Shown: positions 1 to 9,308 of the stretch, one piece after another | How positions within the stretch are numbered: position 1 is the stretch's first letter | Layout of the letters: every line of letters begins with the position of its first letter | Origin: Clostridia bacterium | GTDB lineage: Bacteria > Bacillota > Clostridia > Christensenellales > Borkfalkiaceae | Length of the DNA stretch: 64,000 nucleotides | Direction of reading: 5' to 3' | Assembly: GCA_017558105.1 (NCBI GenBank) | Contig: JAFYWI010000002.1 | Span: forward strand, 2,152 to 66,151 | Translations under genes and position numbers: made by a program | Notes under the pieces: model-generated | Told to the model about the DNA's origin: nothing | Seen by the model: only the letters and a program-made list of their open reading frames with translations | The model's database searches: none

Positions 1-503
1 TTTCTCTTATAATATTTATTGTAATATCTTCATTATTAAGGCATCAAAGACCAATAGTGTTAAAAAACACGGCAAAACGCTTACCTTGGGAGTTAATTCC
101 TTTTGTTATATCTATGTTTATAATAGTGTTAGCCCTACAAAAACAAAACGTAACGGAAGTTATTTCTAATTGGCTTAGCAAAGATTATGCTATTTGGAAA
201 TATGGGTTTGCTTCCTTTTTATCTTGCAACCTAATGAATAATATTCCAATGAGCGTTTTATTTAGCACTATTCCAAATTTTGCTAACCCACTTTTACAAA
301 ACCAAGCAATATATTCAACTATTATAGGCTCTAATATAGGTGCGTTTTTAACCCCTATTGGCGCGCTTGCCGGCATTATGTTTACAGATTTAATTGCAAA
401 ACAAAAGGTTAAATATACTTTTTTAAGTTTTATTAAATACGGCGTTATTATTGCCATACCAACCATTTTAGGTGCTTTGCTAGGATTAAGCATTGTTTTA
501 TAA
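1..503 (+). CDS. ArsB/NhaD-superfamily permease, C-terminal part (5' end lies outside the window)
   Basis: Frame 3 is open from the window edge to the stop at 501-503. Polytopic hydrophobic sequence with NNIPMSVLF and GSNIGAFLTPIGALAG, typical of arsenical-pump/citrate-transporter-like permeases. A hairpin terminator follows. Confidence 0.6.
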   Translation, partial: SLIIFIVISSLLRHQRPIVLKNTAKRLPWELIPFVISMFIIVLALQKQNVTEVISNWLSKDYAIWKYGFASFLSCNLMNNIPMSVLFSTIPNFANPLLQNQAIYSTIIGSNIGAFLTPIGALAGIMFTDLIAKQKVKYTFLSFIKYGVIIAIPTILGALLGLSIVL

Positions 504-538
504 AAAATTTTTTAAGTAAACTATATATACGTTAAAAA

Positions 539-570
539 ACGGACTTTGATTTTTCAAAGTCCGTTTTTTT
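539..570 (+). terminator. Rho-independent terminator of the permease gene
   Basis: acggactttga / tcaaagtccgt stem followed by a T7 run. Confidence 0.8.
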
Positions 571-636
571 ACTAACAAGCCAATAAGCAAAACTATAACT
601 AAATTTTAATGTGAATTTAGCCATTAAATTATTGCA

Positions 637-1746
637 TTATTTATTTTTTAAATTTTCCATAAAAGCAATTTTATTCTCTTTTGCCGTTGTAGTTGGTCTG
701 CCAAGGTCTTCCCTTGCACCTATTGCGCATTTTACTTCTATAAAAGATAACGCCTTTTTTTTCTTTGCGTTTTTAAGTGCAATCTCTAATGAATCAAAAT
801 CGCTTACGCATACGGCATTATCGTAACCACAACCTAAAGCAATTTTAACTAAATTTATGTCTTTTGCAACGGTAGGCATGCCCCCAACAGTCTCATGCGA
901 GCCGTTATTTATTACTACGTGCACGACGTTTTTAGGCGAATTAGTTCCAAGAACTGCCATTGCCCCCATGTGCATTAGCACAGCACCGTCGCCGTCTATA
1001 ATCCACACCTTTTTATCTGCTTTAACGTTTGCAATTCCCAAAGCAATTGAGGAAGAATGCCCCATAGAACCTACGGTTAAAAAGTCCTTCCCGTGTGATT
1101 GCCCGTTCGCCTCCCTAATTTCAAATAATTCTCTAGATGCTTTGCCCGTTGTAGAAACTATTACGTCTTCTCCACTAACTGAAACGATACGTTTAATTAT
1201 TTCTTCACGCATCATAGTATTGCCGTTTGTATATTTAACTTTTTTATCAAATTCAAGCGAACCTTTTTTTACTACAAAAGCTACTTGTTTTCCACTATCT
1301 AATAAAGGTTGCCACTCTTTCAATTGATTTTCCACTTCTATAGAAGTAGTTTCTTTAGTTATTATAAACGTTTTAATATCCATATCTTCAAGTAATTTAA
1401 CGGTTACTTCGCCTTGATAGATATGTTGAGGCTCGTCGTGAACGCCTGGTTCACCACGCCAACCAACGATAAAAATACACGGAATTCCATACACCTTATC
1501 GTTCATAAGAGATGCAACTGGGTTAATAATGTTGCCAAGCCCACTATTCTGCATATAAACAACCGGCACTTTGCCCGTAGCCAAATGATAACCAGCGGCA
1601 ACACCTACCGCATTACCTTCGTTTGCCGTAATTACGTGCTTGTCTGATATGCCAAATCTATCCATTAGATAATTACAAAGTGGCTTCAATTGAGAGTCTG
1701 GTACACCTGCAAAAAATTCATATTTGCTTAAAAAATCTAGTTTCAT
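637..1746 (-). CDS. ppd: Phosphonopyruvate decarboxylase (TPP-dependent)
   Basis: 369 aa. N-terminus FFAGVPDSQLKPLCNYL and the TPP motif IIDGDGAVLMHMG...NNGSHETVGG are typical of Ppd/AepY. It sits directly downstream of a PEP-mutase gene. Confidence 0.85.
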   Translation of the reverse strand: MKLDFLSKYEFFAGVPDSQLKPLCNYLMDRFGISDKHVITANEGNAVGVAAGYHLATGKVPVVYMQNSGLGNIINPVASLMNDKVYGIPCIFIVGWRGEPGVHDEPQHIYQGEVTVKLLEDMDIKTFIITKETTSIEVENQLKEWQPLLDSGKQVAFVVKKGSLEFDKKVKYTNGNTMMREEIIKRIVSVSGEDVIVSTTGKASRELFEIREANGQSHGKDFLTVGSMGHSSSIALGIANVKADKKVWIIDGDGAVLMHMGAMAVLGTNSPKNVVHVVINNGSHETVGGMPTVAKDINLVKIALGCGYDNAVCVSDFDSLEIALKNAKKKKALSFIEVKCAIGAREDLGRPTTTAKENKIAFMENLKNK

Positions 1747-1756
1747 TTTATCTCCT

Positions 1757-2854
1757 TTATATAACCAACTTAGAATACAACCCGTAAACTTCTTTACTAC
1801 CCAAAGTTACAGGGGTGTTTTTTAGCCTTTCAACGTTTACCGACGACGTAAGATTTTCTAAATGCTCTTCTTTTACACGTGGTTTAGCAAGGTTAAACTC
1901 TAAAATTAATTGATTAAAAATTTCAATGCCGTCTTCAGCCTTTTTTCCACCCATTGCTTGGGCAATTTGTGTAAGCACGCTTTTTAAATAATCTTCTCCA
2001 CGAACGTCTATGCACTTGTTAGAATTATCTATTATATACTTCCAAGTAAGTGGCAAACATACGCTTACCGCGTGCCCGTGTGCTAAACCATAGTTAGAAG
2101 TTATTTTATAACTCATTGCGTGAGCAGCTGTGGTTTTAGATATATTTATTGCCTTACCAGCAAGGTTTGAGGCTATAATAATTTCTTTTGAACTTTTTTC
2201 TTTGTTTTCAAAAACGTATTCTCTTGCAGAACGCATTATCATTTCTATTGCGCATTTAGAATACTCTTTGCTTTCATCGGTAGAATAAACCGACCAAAAA
2301 CTTTCTATTGCTTGACATAAAGCATCTAAAAGAGTGCTTTTTTTCTGATAATCTGAAAGATTGCGCAAAAAGGAATAATCTAACACTGCAAGTGATGGGA
2401 GTAAACTTTGGTGAGCCACAGAATACTTTTTGCCATTTTTATAAATAACTGCAAAGTGTGTTGCCTCACTTCCCGTGCCAGCTGTAGTAGGAATTGCTAC
2501 TAAAGGAATTTTTGTATCTTTATATTCACACCTAACTAAATCTGTATTTTTATCGCCCGCAGAAAAAAGTTTAATACATTTAGCAGTATCTATTGCGCTA
2601 CCTCCACCTACTGCTATAATTGCATCACACCCGTTATCGTTAAAAACTTTAGCCCCCGTAATAGCCTGCTCGTATTGTGGATTAGGAGTAAAGTCACTAA
2701 ACCGTACGAAAGGTATATTTTGTGAATAAATATAGTCTTTTATTAATAGTTTATCAAAAGAGTTAGAACAAACTAGCATAAATTTTTTACTGCGCGAAAG
2801 TTGTAAAAACTCTTTAATAACGCTATAATCTCCGTTTTCAATAATAACAGACAA
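1757..2854 (-). CDS. Group III iron-containing alcohol dehydrogenase, probable phosphonoacetaldehyde reductase (PhpC/FomC-like)
   Basis: 365 aa. GGGSAIDTAKC and the His cluster AAHAMSY...LAHGHAV are typical of Fe-ADHs. It lies between ppd and the pepM fusion with gaps of 10 and 3 nt. Confidence 0.7.
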   Translation of the reverse strand: MSVIIENGDYSVIKEFLQLSRSKKFMLVCSNSFDKLLIKDYIYSQNIPFVRFSDFTPNPQYEQAITGAKVFNDNGCDAIIAVGGGSAIDTAKCIKLFSAGDKNTDLVRCEYKDTKIPLVAIPTTAGTGSEATHFAVIYKNGKKYSVAHQSLLPSLAVLDYSFLRNLSDYQKKSTLLDALCQAIESFWSVYSTDESKEYSKCAIEMIMRSAREYVFENKEKSSKEIIIASNLAGKAINISKTTAAHAMSYKITSNYGLAHGHAVSVCLPLTWKYIIDNSNKCIDVRGEDYLKSVLTQIAQAMGGKKAEDGIEIFNQLILEFNLAKPRVKEEHLENLTSSVNVERLKNTPVTLGSKEVYGLYSKLVI

Positions 2855-2857
2855 TCT

Positions 2858-4867
2858 CTATTCCTCCGGTATTAACGTTATTATTTCTTTTATAGACATA
2901 CACATATCGTCAGCTTCTTTTGCCCTATGGTTTAATAGAATTGTTTTAGCAACGTTTTGCATTGCAGGAAATCCACTTCTAGTAAGTTGATTTGCATAAA
3001 TTACAACGTTAACCCCTCTATCCTTAAACTCTTGTTCCGTTACGGAATTAAACGAAGTAGGCACTACGACTATAGGTGTGATTTCATTTTCTGCCCTAAA
3101 TTTTTCAACAAATTCAAAAATCTCAGTAGGGTCTTTTTTTCTACTGTGAATCATTATTGCGTCTGCCCCAGCTTTACTGAACGCAAAAGCACGAGTTAGC
3201 GCATCTTCCATACCGCGTTCTAAAATTAAACTTTCAATACGCGCACAAATCATAAAGTCTTTAGTTTTTTGAGCCTTTTTCCCTGCTTGAATTTTAGCAC
3301 AAAAATTTTCTATACTATCTTGGGTTTGAACCACTTCTGCCCCAAATAAAGAGTTCTTTTTAAGCCCCGTTTTATCTTCAATAATAACCATAGAAACGCC
3401 CATGCGTTCTAAACTTCTTACGGTATAAATAAAATGCTCGGTAAGTCCACCCGTATCGCCGTCAAAAATTATTGGCTTCGTTGTTACTTCCATTATATCG
3501 TCAATCGTTCTAAACCTTGAAGTCATATCAACGAGTTCAATATCTGGTTTACCTTTTGCAGTACTATCGCATAGCGAAGATACCCACATCGCATCAAACT
3601 GATAAGTCTTGCCGTCTTTTAATACCTTCGTGTTTTCAGCAATAAGCCCCGTTATCCCGCTATGTGCTTCAATAGCGTTTATGCAACCTTTCATTGCCAA
3701 AAGTTTTTTTAGCCTGCCACGACGCATATCTGGCATAGAAAGTTGTTGGCGAGAAGCCTTTTCAAGTTCAATATGTTTTGGGTCTTGTGAATAAGGGAAT
3801 TCTACTAATTTACCACCATAACTTTCTAAAATAGAAATAACTTCATCTCTTATAGGCTTTTGAAAACCTTCTTTCCAGTCGTCGCCGTGTACTACCACGT
3901 CTGGTTTTAACGTGGTTAAAATTTCTTTATAAGATAAATTTTTTTGTTCTATTACCTTAGATACTCCGTTTATATTTTCTACTAAGGTTTTTCTCTCTTC
4001 AAAACTCATTAACGGATAACGTTTATAACTAGCAACTGCCTCGTCTGAAAGAACCCCTACGATTAATTTTCCGTGCCTTTGCGCTTTCTTTAATATGCTT
4101 ATATGCCCACTATGTAACATATCAGTAGAAAAACACATATATACGATTTTATTTTCTATTTCTTTAAGTTTTTTTGAAACCATTGCTAAATCTTCAGGCG
4201 TATCTATTTCTGCGCAAATATCGTTTGCAAAATCAATAGGAACAATTTCGCACTTATCTGATATATTGTTAAACGCGTTTTCTGCGTAACATTTATCTTC
4301 CTTTCTTTCGCAAAATTCTACTATTTCATTAAGCCAACAATTCCACTCTTTTTTATTTAGTTTATAAAGTGGTTGCGCTGCTACGGCATTGGTAAAAAAC
4401 TCAATACCAATTTTTTCCACCCTACCGTCGTGTATTACAGCCTTAAAATCTTTTTCTGGTAAAGGAAGCGTAGTACTTACCGTAACACAGCTTTTTTTGC
4501 TATTTACTACGTTTTCAAAAACAGATTCATCAAAAACAAGGTCTCCGTGCATCATAACGATATCTTCGTCTTTAAGCTCTTCCCTTGCACAATAAATTGA
4601 ATAAATATAATTAGTTTTATCGTAAATAGGGTTATTTACGAAAGTATAATTTAATTCGTAACCTAAATTTTTACAATAATCTACTAACACGTTATCAAAA
4701 TACCCCGTGGTCATAACAACTTCTTTTATGCCAGCGTTAGATATAATTTTTAACTGCCTAGATAAAATTGTTTCTTCGTTATTTATTTCAGTCATACATT
4801 TAGGGTGTTCGCTTGTAAAAGCCCCCATTCTGCGCCCTAAGCCAGAGTTAAGTATTAATGCCTTCAT
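2858..4867 (-). CDS. pepM: Tri-domain fusion: LicC/MobA-like NTP-transferase + HxGH cytidylyltransferase + PEP phosphomutase
   Basis: 669 aa. N-terminus MKALILNSGLGRRMG (GxGxR nucleotidyltransferase). Middle region FSTDMLHSGHISILKKA (HxGH class cytidylyltransferase). C-terminus FDGDTGG...MVIIEDKTGLKKNSLFG (PEP-mutase EDKxxxxxNS signature). Confidence 0.85.
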   Translation of the reverse strand: MKALILNSGLGRRMGAFTSEHPKCMTEINNEETILSRQLKIISNAGIKEVVMTTGYFDNVLVDYCKNLGYELNYTFVNNPIYDKTNYIYSIYCAREELKDEDIVMMHGDLVFDESVFENVVNSKKSCVTVSTTLPLPEKDFKAVIHDGRVEKIGIEFFTNAVAAQPLYKLNKKEWNCWLNEIVEFCERKEDKCYAENAFNNISDKCEIVPIDFANDICAEIDTPEDLAMVSKKLKEIENKIVYMCFSTDMLHSGHISILKKAQRHGKLIVGVLSDEAVASYKRYPLMSFEERKTLVENINGVSKVIEQKNLSYKEILTTLKPDVVVHGDDWKEGFQKPIRDEVISILESYGGKLVEFPYSQDPKHIELEKASRQQLSMPDMRRGRLKKLLAMKGCINAIEAHSGITGLIAENTKVLKDGKTYQFDAMWVSSLCDSTAKGKPDIELVDMTSRFRTIDDIMEVTTKPIIFDGDTGGLTEHFIYTVRSLERMGVSMVIIEDKTGLKKNSLFGAEVVQTQDSIENFCAKIQAGKKAQKTKDFMICARIESLILERGMEDALTRAFAFSKAGADAIMIHSRKKDPTEIFEFVEKFRAENEITPIVVVPTSFNSVTEQEFKDRGVNVVIYANQLTRSGFPAMQNVAKTILLNHRAKEADDMCMSIKEIITLIPEE

Positions 4868-4886
4868 TTGTTCTCCTTTTCATATC

Positions 4887-4915
4887 ATTATAACAAATAC
4901 TAATTCGTTTGTCAA
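4887..4915 (-). promoter_or_regulatory. Consensus sigma-A promoter for the pepM-adh-ppd operon
   Basis: On the minus strand: TTGACA, 17 nt, TATAAT. The -10 box ends 20 nt upstream of the ATG and GGAG lies at 4873-4876. Confidence 0.6.
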
Positions 4916-5035
4916 TTACTACGCAAACACCAGCAAAGCACAATATAAAAAAACTAATAAATTATTGCTTAAAATACTGAATTTATAACTAGTGTTTGAA
5001 CGAAATAGAAAAGTCAAAACAAGTATTGCAAAAAG

Positions 5036-5064
5036 TTGCAAAATAAACTTAATTGTGGTATACT
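5036..5064 (+). promoter_or_regulatory. Sigma-A promoter (extended -10) for the divergent transferase operon
   Basis: TTGCAA, 17 nt, TATACT, with a TGn extension (tgg) immediately upstream of the -10 box. Confidence 0.5.
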
Positions 5065-5088
5065 ATTTACGTTTTTATAAGAGCAAAG

Positions 5089-6921
5089 ATGGAGCATATG
5101 AAGAAAATGGAAAAAAACGAACAACTCACCTTTAAACAAAGAACGATAAAGCGTATTTTACCTACGCTTCTTTTCTCTTTAGCAATTCCTTTTATAACGT
5201 GTATTTGCATTCCGTTTGAAATTTTTGCAAACAATATTGAGCAATTTGTTTTTTCTGTAAAAGACTTTTTGCCTTTATCTATTTTAATATCTTTAGGCGC
5301 AACGATAATTTTCTTTTTTTCTCTTTTATTTTTACCAGAAAAAGCATACAGAATAGTTGCTTCAATATACTTGGCTTTAGCATTTTTATTTTTTATTCAA
5401 AGCAATTATCTTAACGTTGGAGTACGTTCGCTTGCTGGCGACGGATTAGGCTCTAGCATATCGTTAGTTAGCAAAATAATTAATCTTTTTGTTTGGCTGT
5501 TGGTTTTAGGCGTTGCCGTGTTTTTTGCAGTTTTTAAAAAGTGGCACGATATTTTATCTATGGTTGCAGTAGGGCTTTGCGCGGTTATTACTATTTCTTC
5601 TCTTATGTCTCCTTTCGTGCTTGCAATTTCTACAAAAAACGTTTTTAAAACTAAGGCTGAACGCGTAAACCTAAACGGAGAAGACACGTTTAATATTTTA
5701 ACTACAAAAAACCTTACTAATATTTCTTCTAATGGTAACGTATTTATTTTCGTTGTAGACGTTATGGATAAAACGTTCGTTGAAGAAGCCATTGAAAAGC
5801 GTCCTGAAATTTTTAATAGTTTAGATGGGTTTACTTATTTCGAAGATAACCTTTCTCTTTTTGGGCACACTTTCCCTTCCGTTGCAAACATTATTACGGG
5901 CGCAGAGTTTGAAGTTACAAAGGAACGTTCTAAATATTTAAATAACGCTTATCAAAACGCCGTTCCTTTAGATATTTTAGATGAAAACGGATATCAAATT
6001 AATATTTTTAGTCAAGGTTTTTACGCTTATGAAGATGCTAGTTATATGCCTTCATACGTTAGTAACGTTTCAGAAGCAGTAAAAACTAACGTTAAACATC
6101 CTTTTTTATTAACTGCAAACTTTATTCAAATTGCTTTATACCGTTGTTTCCCTCTATTTTTAAAAAATTTAGTAGGTAACGTAGATTCAGCTGAAACCAA
6201 CAACTTCGTTTCTTGCGAAGATGAAAACGGGTACAAACAATATTCAACCGACTTAAAAGAAGTATACAACACAATTCAAAGTTCTAAAGACGATGGTAAA
6301 TTTACCACGATAAACGATAAAAAAGTGTTTTCACTCGTTCACGTTTATGGTTGCCATAGCATTAAGTATAACGCAAATTGGCAAAAACCTACCGGGAAAG
6401 ACAGAAACGATATAACCCTTTCTCTTATGAATAGTTTTAGCATTATAAACGAATACATAAAGGCAATGAAAGATATTGGCGTTTACGAAGAATCTACTAT
6501 TCTTATTTTAGGCGATCACGGAAAACCAATAAACGACTTGAAAGATCTTTCTCGCCCAATCCAAACAGGATTATTTATTAAACAAAAAGGCGCTGGAAAC
6601 GTTGCCGGCGAAGGTTACAAAATTAGTAGTAGCCAAGTAAGTCATTCTCAAATTTGGTCAACTATATTTGATAGTGAAAATATAACTCTTACTCCAGAAC
6701 AACAAGAAGCGTATAATCAAACGACGTTTAAGAAACTTAACCCTGAAGATAAATCGCATTTTGATATTTTAGAAGACGAAAACGTTACTAGATATTATTT
6801 CTGGCATACCTATGCTGGCGATTGCGATGAGTATAAGTACAAAATTACTGGTGCTGGCAATAACTTTAACAATTGGGAAATGTACGAACACATACACACG
6901 GATAAATTTCTTATGAACTAA
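5089..6921 (+). CDS. Polytopic membrane protein with an extracytoplasmic alkaline-phosphatase-superfamily (LtaS/sulfatase/phosphotransferase-like) domain
   Basis: The track ORF starts at TTG 5053 and I prefer ATG 5089 (MEHMKKMEK). About 5-6 N-terminal TM helices are followed by a soluble domain with FIFVVDVMD and ILILGDHGKP motifs, as in LtaS/EptA-type enzymes. Confidence 0.55.
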   Translation: MEHMKKMEKNEQLTFKQRTIKRILPTLLFSLAIPFITCICIPFEIFANNIEQFVFSVKDFLPLSILISLGATIIFFFSLLFLPEKAYRIVASIYLALAFLFFIQSNYLNVGVRSLAGDGLGSSISLVSKIINLFVWLLVLGVAVFFAVFKKWHDILSMVAVGLCAVITISSLMSPFVLAISTKNVFKTKAERVNLNGEDTFNILTTKNLTNISSNGNVFIFVVDVMDKTFVEEAIEKRPEIFNSLDGFTYFEDNLSLFGHTFPSVANIITGAEFEVTKERSKYLNNAYQNAVPLDILDENGYQINIFSQGFYAYEDASYMPSYVSNVSEAVKTNVKHPFLLTANFIQIALYRCFPLFLKNLVGNVDSAETNNFVSCEDENGYKQYSTDLKEVYNTIQSSKDDGKFTTINDKKVFSLVHVYGCHSIKYNANWQKPTGKDRNDITLSLMNSFSIINEYIKAMKDIGVYEESTILILGDHGKPINDLKDLSRPIQTGLFIKQKGAGNVAGEGYKISSSQVSHSQIWSTIFDSENITLTPEQQEAYNQTTFKKLNPEDKSHFDILEDENVTRYYFWHTYAGDCDEYKYKITGAGNNFNNWEMYEHIHTDKFLMN

Positions 6922-6931
6922 AGGTAAAATC

Positions 6932-9043
6932 ATGGATAAAATTATGTACTACGTTTGTATCCCTTTTGGATACATTATGAAATGGTGCTATCAATTAGTA
7001 GGAAACTACGGCATAGCGATTATTTTATTTACACTTGCTACTAAATTAGTTTTACTACCTATTTCGGTTTGGATTCACAAAAACTCTATATTAATGGTAA
7101 AAATTCAACCAGAAATAAACTTCATGAAGGCTAGGCTTCATGGTAATATGGATGCTATTGCAGACGAGCAAGCAAAAATATTTAAACGCGAGCACTACCA
7201 CCCTATGCTATCGCTTGTACCTTTATTATTGCAAATATTTTTATTGCTTGCAGTAGTTTATATTATTTACCATCCAATGAATTACTTGCTTGGAATATCA
7301 GACCAAGCAATAAGTAGCCTTGCTACCTACCTTAAATTAGACGTTTCGCAATCTTCTTACCAACTTTATATTATTGACGCAATAAAATCTGGTACGATTA
7401 CGGCAAGTTTAAGTTCAGAAATAGGGCTTTCCCCTGCTGTTCTTGGTGATATTATTAGCAAGGTAAACGGTTTCAACTTAAACTTTATTGGAATTAATCT
7501 TTCTATCGTACCGGCAGAAGTTTGGGGTTGGTTTATACTTGTTCCTATCGTTGCTGGTGCATCTTCTTGGTTTATGAGTTTTACACAAAACGCATCTAAC
7601 GTTATTCAACATGAACAAAGTAAAATTAACCAATATACTATTATGGCAATAAGCGTTGGGCTTTCGCTTTATTTAGGGCTATTTGTTCCTACAGGACTTG
7701 CTATTTATTGGGTTTCTAGCAACCTTTTATCCGTTTTACAAATGTACTGCTTAAACGCCGTTATAAACCCTAAAAAATACGTAGACCACGACGCACTAGA
7801 ACAATCTAGAAAAGTGCTTAACGATGCAAAATCTTATGGCAAAATAGACAAACACGACCCTTTGTTTAAGAAAATGAAAAAACGCGAAAAAGTAGATTAT
7901 AAAGCATTTATGCGCGTTGCCAATAAACACATCGTTATATATTCTGAAAAAAGTGGCTTTTATAAGTATTTTAAAGACGTAATGGACGAAATGTTAAAAC
8001 GTTCTAACGTGGTTATTCATTACGTTACCAACGATTATAACGACCAAATTTTTGAAGTGGCAAAAAAAGAACCACGTATAAAACCTTATTACATAAGCCT
8101 AAAGAAAACCATCCTTTTAATGATGATGGTAGAAACTGACGTTTTTATTATGACTACGCCAGATTTAAATAAGTATTACCTTAAAAAATCTTTTACGAAA
8201 AAAGACATTGAATATATCTATATCCCACACGATTCAATGAGTGCGCATAAAAACTTTAACGAAGGCGCTTTTGACGAATTTAATACCATACTTTGCGTAG
8301 GTAAGCATTTTGTAGATGAAATTAGAGCAATTGAAAAACTTTACAAATTACCTGCCAAAAACCTTGTGGAATTTGGTTTTCCACTTCTTGATAATTTAGT
8401 AGAAACCGTTAAAGCACAACTACCTAAAAAAACCAACAAAACAAAAAAAGAAATTTTAATTGCACCTTCTTGGCAAGAAGAAAACATTTTAGAGAGTTGT
8501 ATAGATACTATTATTGAAAAACTTTATAGCGATAATTATCACATAACGGTAAGACCTCACCCTGAATTCGTTAAAAGATTTGGCTACAAATTAAATCAAT
8601 TAGTTAATAAATACTCTAATTACGATAAGGATAAACTTACTTTTGAATTAGATTTCTCTAGTAATAGCTCCGTTTATAATGCAGACCTTATGATAACGGA
8701 CTGGTCTGGAATAGCTGCAGAATATAGTTTTGCAACGGGTAGACCTACTATTTTTATTAATACTAAAATGAAGGTAAATAACCCTAATTGGCAAAATATT
8801 GATATAACGCCTATTGAAATTAAGCTAAGAAGTGAAATCGGTATCCCCGTAGATTTAGATAACCTTGTTAATATAGATAAAATCGTAAGCGATGCTATAA
8901 CTAACGCTAAAAAATACAAAGAGAAAATTGAAGAATGCTTTAAAACCTTTACTTTTAACCATGGTACAGCTGCTAAAGTTGGCGCTGATTACATTCTTAA
9001 AAGTATTATTAATAAACAACAAAAAGCAAAAGAAAAAAATTAA
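6932..9043 (+). CDS. Fusion of a YidC/Oxa1-type membrane insertase domain with a CDP-glycerol glycerophosphotransferase (TagB/TagF family) domain
   Basis: 703 aa. The N-terminal ~280 aa carry GIAIILFTLATKLVLLPISV...QPE...LVPLLLQI...GLAIYWVSSNLLSVLQ (YidC pattern). The C-terminal ~400 aa carry ADLMITDWSGIAAEYSFATGRPTIFI (Glyphos_transf pattern). Confidence 0.75.
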   Translation: MDKIMYYVCIPFGYIMKWCYQLVGNYGIAIILFTLATKLVLLPISVWIHKNSILMVKIQPEINFMKARLHGNMDAIADEQAKIFKREHYHPMLSLVPLLLQIFLLLAVVYIIYHPMNYLLGISDQAISSLATYLKLDVSQSSYQLYIIDAIKSGTITASLSSEIGLSPAVLGDIISKVNGFNLNFIGINLSIVPAEVWGWFILVPIVAGASSWFMSFTQNASNVIQHEQSKINQYTIMAISVGLSLYLGLFVPTGLAIYWVSSNLLSVLQMYCLNAVINPKKYVDHDALEQSRKVLNDAKSYGKIDKHDPLFKKMKKREKVDYKAFMRVANKHIVIYSEKSGFYKYFKDVMDEMLKRSNVVIHYVTNDYNDQIFEVAKKEPRIKPYYISLKKTILLMMMVETDVFIMTTPDLNKYYLKKSFTKKDIEYIYIPHDSMSAHKNFNEGAFDEFNTILCVGKHFVDEIRAIEKLYKLPAKNLVEFGFPLLDNLVETVKAQLPKKTNKTKKEILIAPSWQEENILESCIDTIIEKLYSDNYHITVRPHPEFVKRFGYKLNQLVNKYSNYDKDKLTFELDFSSNSSVYNADLMITDWSGIAAEYSFATGRPTIFINTKMKVNNPNWQNIDITPIEIKLRSEIGIPVDLDNLVNIDKIVSDAITNAKKYKEKIEECFKTFTFNHGTAAKVGADYILKSIINKQQKAKEKN

Positions 9044-9063
9044 AATATTTTAAGGAGAATATT

Positions 9064-9294
9064 ATGAACCTACTTTCAAGTTTTTATCAATTACTTTATA
9101 TTGACCCTGCTGCAACGACTGTTCTTTTAACTTCTATAACTGCTATAGTTGCCGCTATTGGAGCTTCTGCTATAATAATATGGCGTAAACTTAAGAAAAA
9201 TGTTAAGAAAACATTTCATATTGACGAAAATGCCAATAAAGAAGTTGAAGAAGATTTAGTTATTACTGAAGACAACTCTAATAAAGAAGACTAA
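9064..9294 (+). CDS. Small single-pass membrane protein with an acidic C-terminal tail
   Basis: 76 aa with RBS aaggagaatattATG. One TM segment (TTVLLTSITAIVAAIGASAIIIW) and last gene of the cassette. Confidence 0.5.
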   Translation: MNLLSSFYQLLYIDPAATTVLLTSITAIVAAIGASAIIIWRKLKKNVKKTFHIDENANKEVEEDLVITEDNSNKED

Positions 9295-9308
9295 CTAACT
9301 TTTAATAC

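Noticed and set aside
857-1327. Antisense or shadow ORFs inside long genes (also 2475-2729, 5406-5792, 15157-15870, 21768-22055, 22428-22799, 25912-26268, 28519-28929, 29502-29903, 31662-32276, 39738-40040, 49067-49432, 49893-50207 and others)
   Set aside because: Each lies entirely within a well-supported gene on the opposite strand or in another frame. They have low-complexity composition, no RBS and no recognisable motifs.
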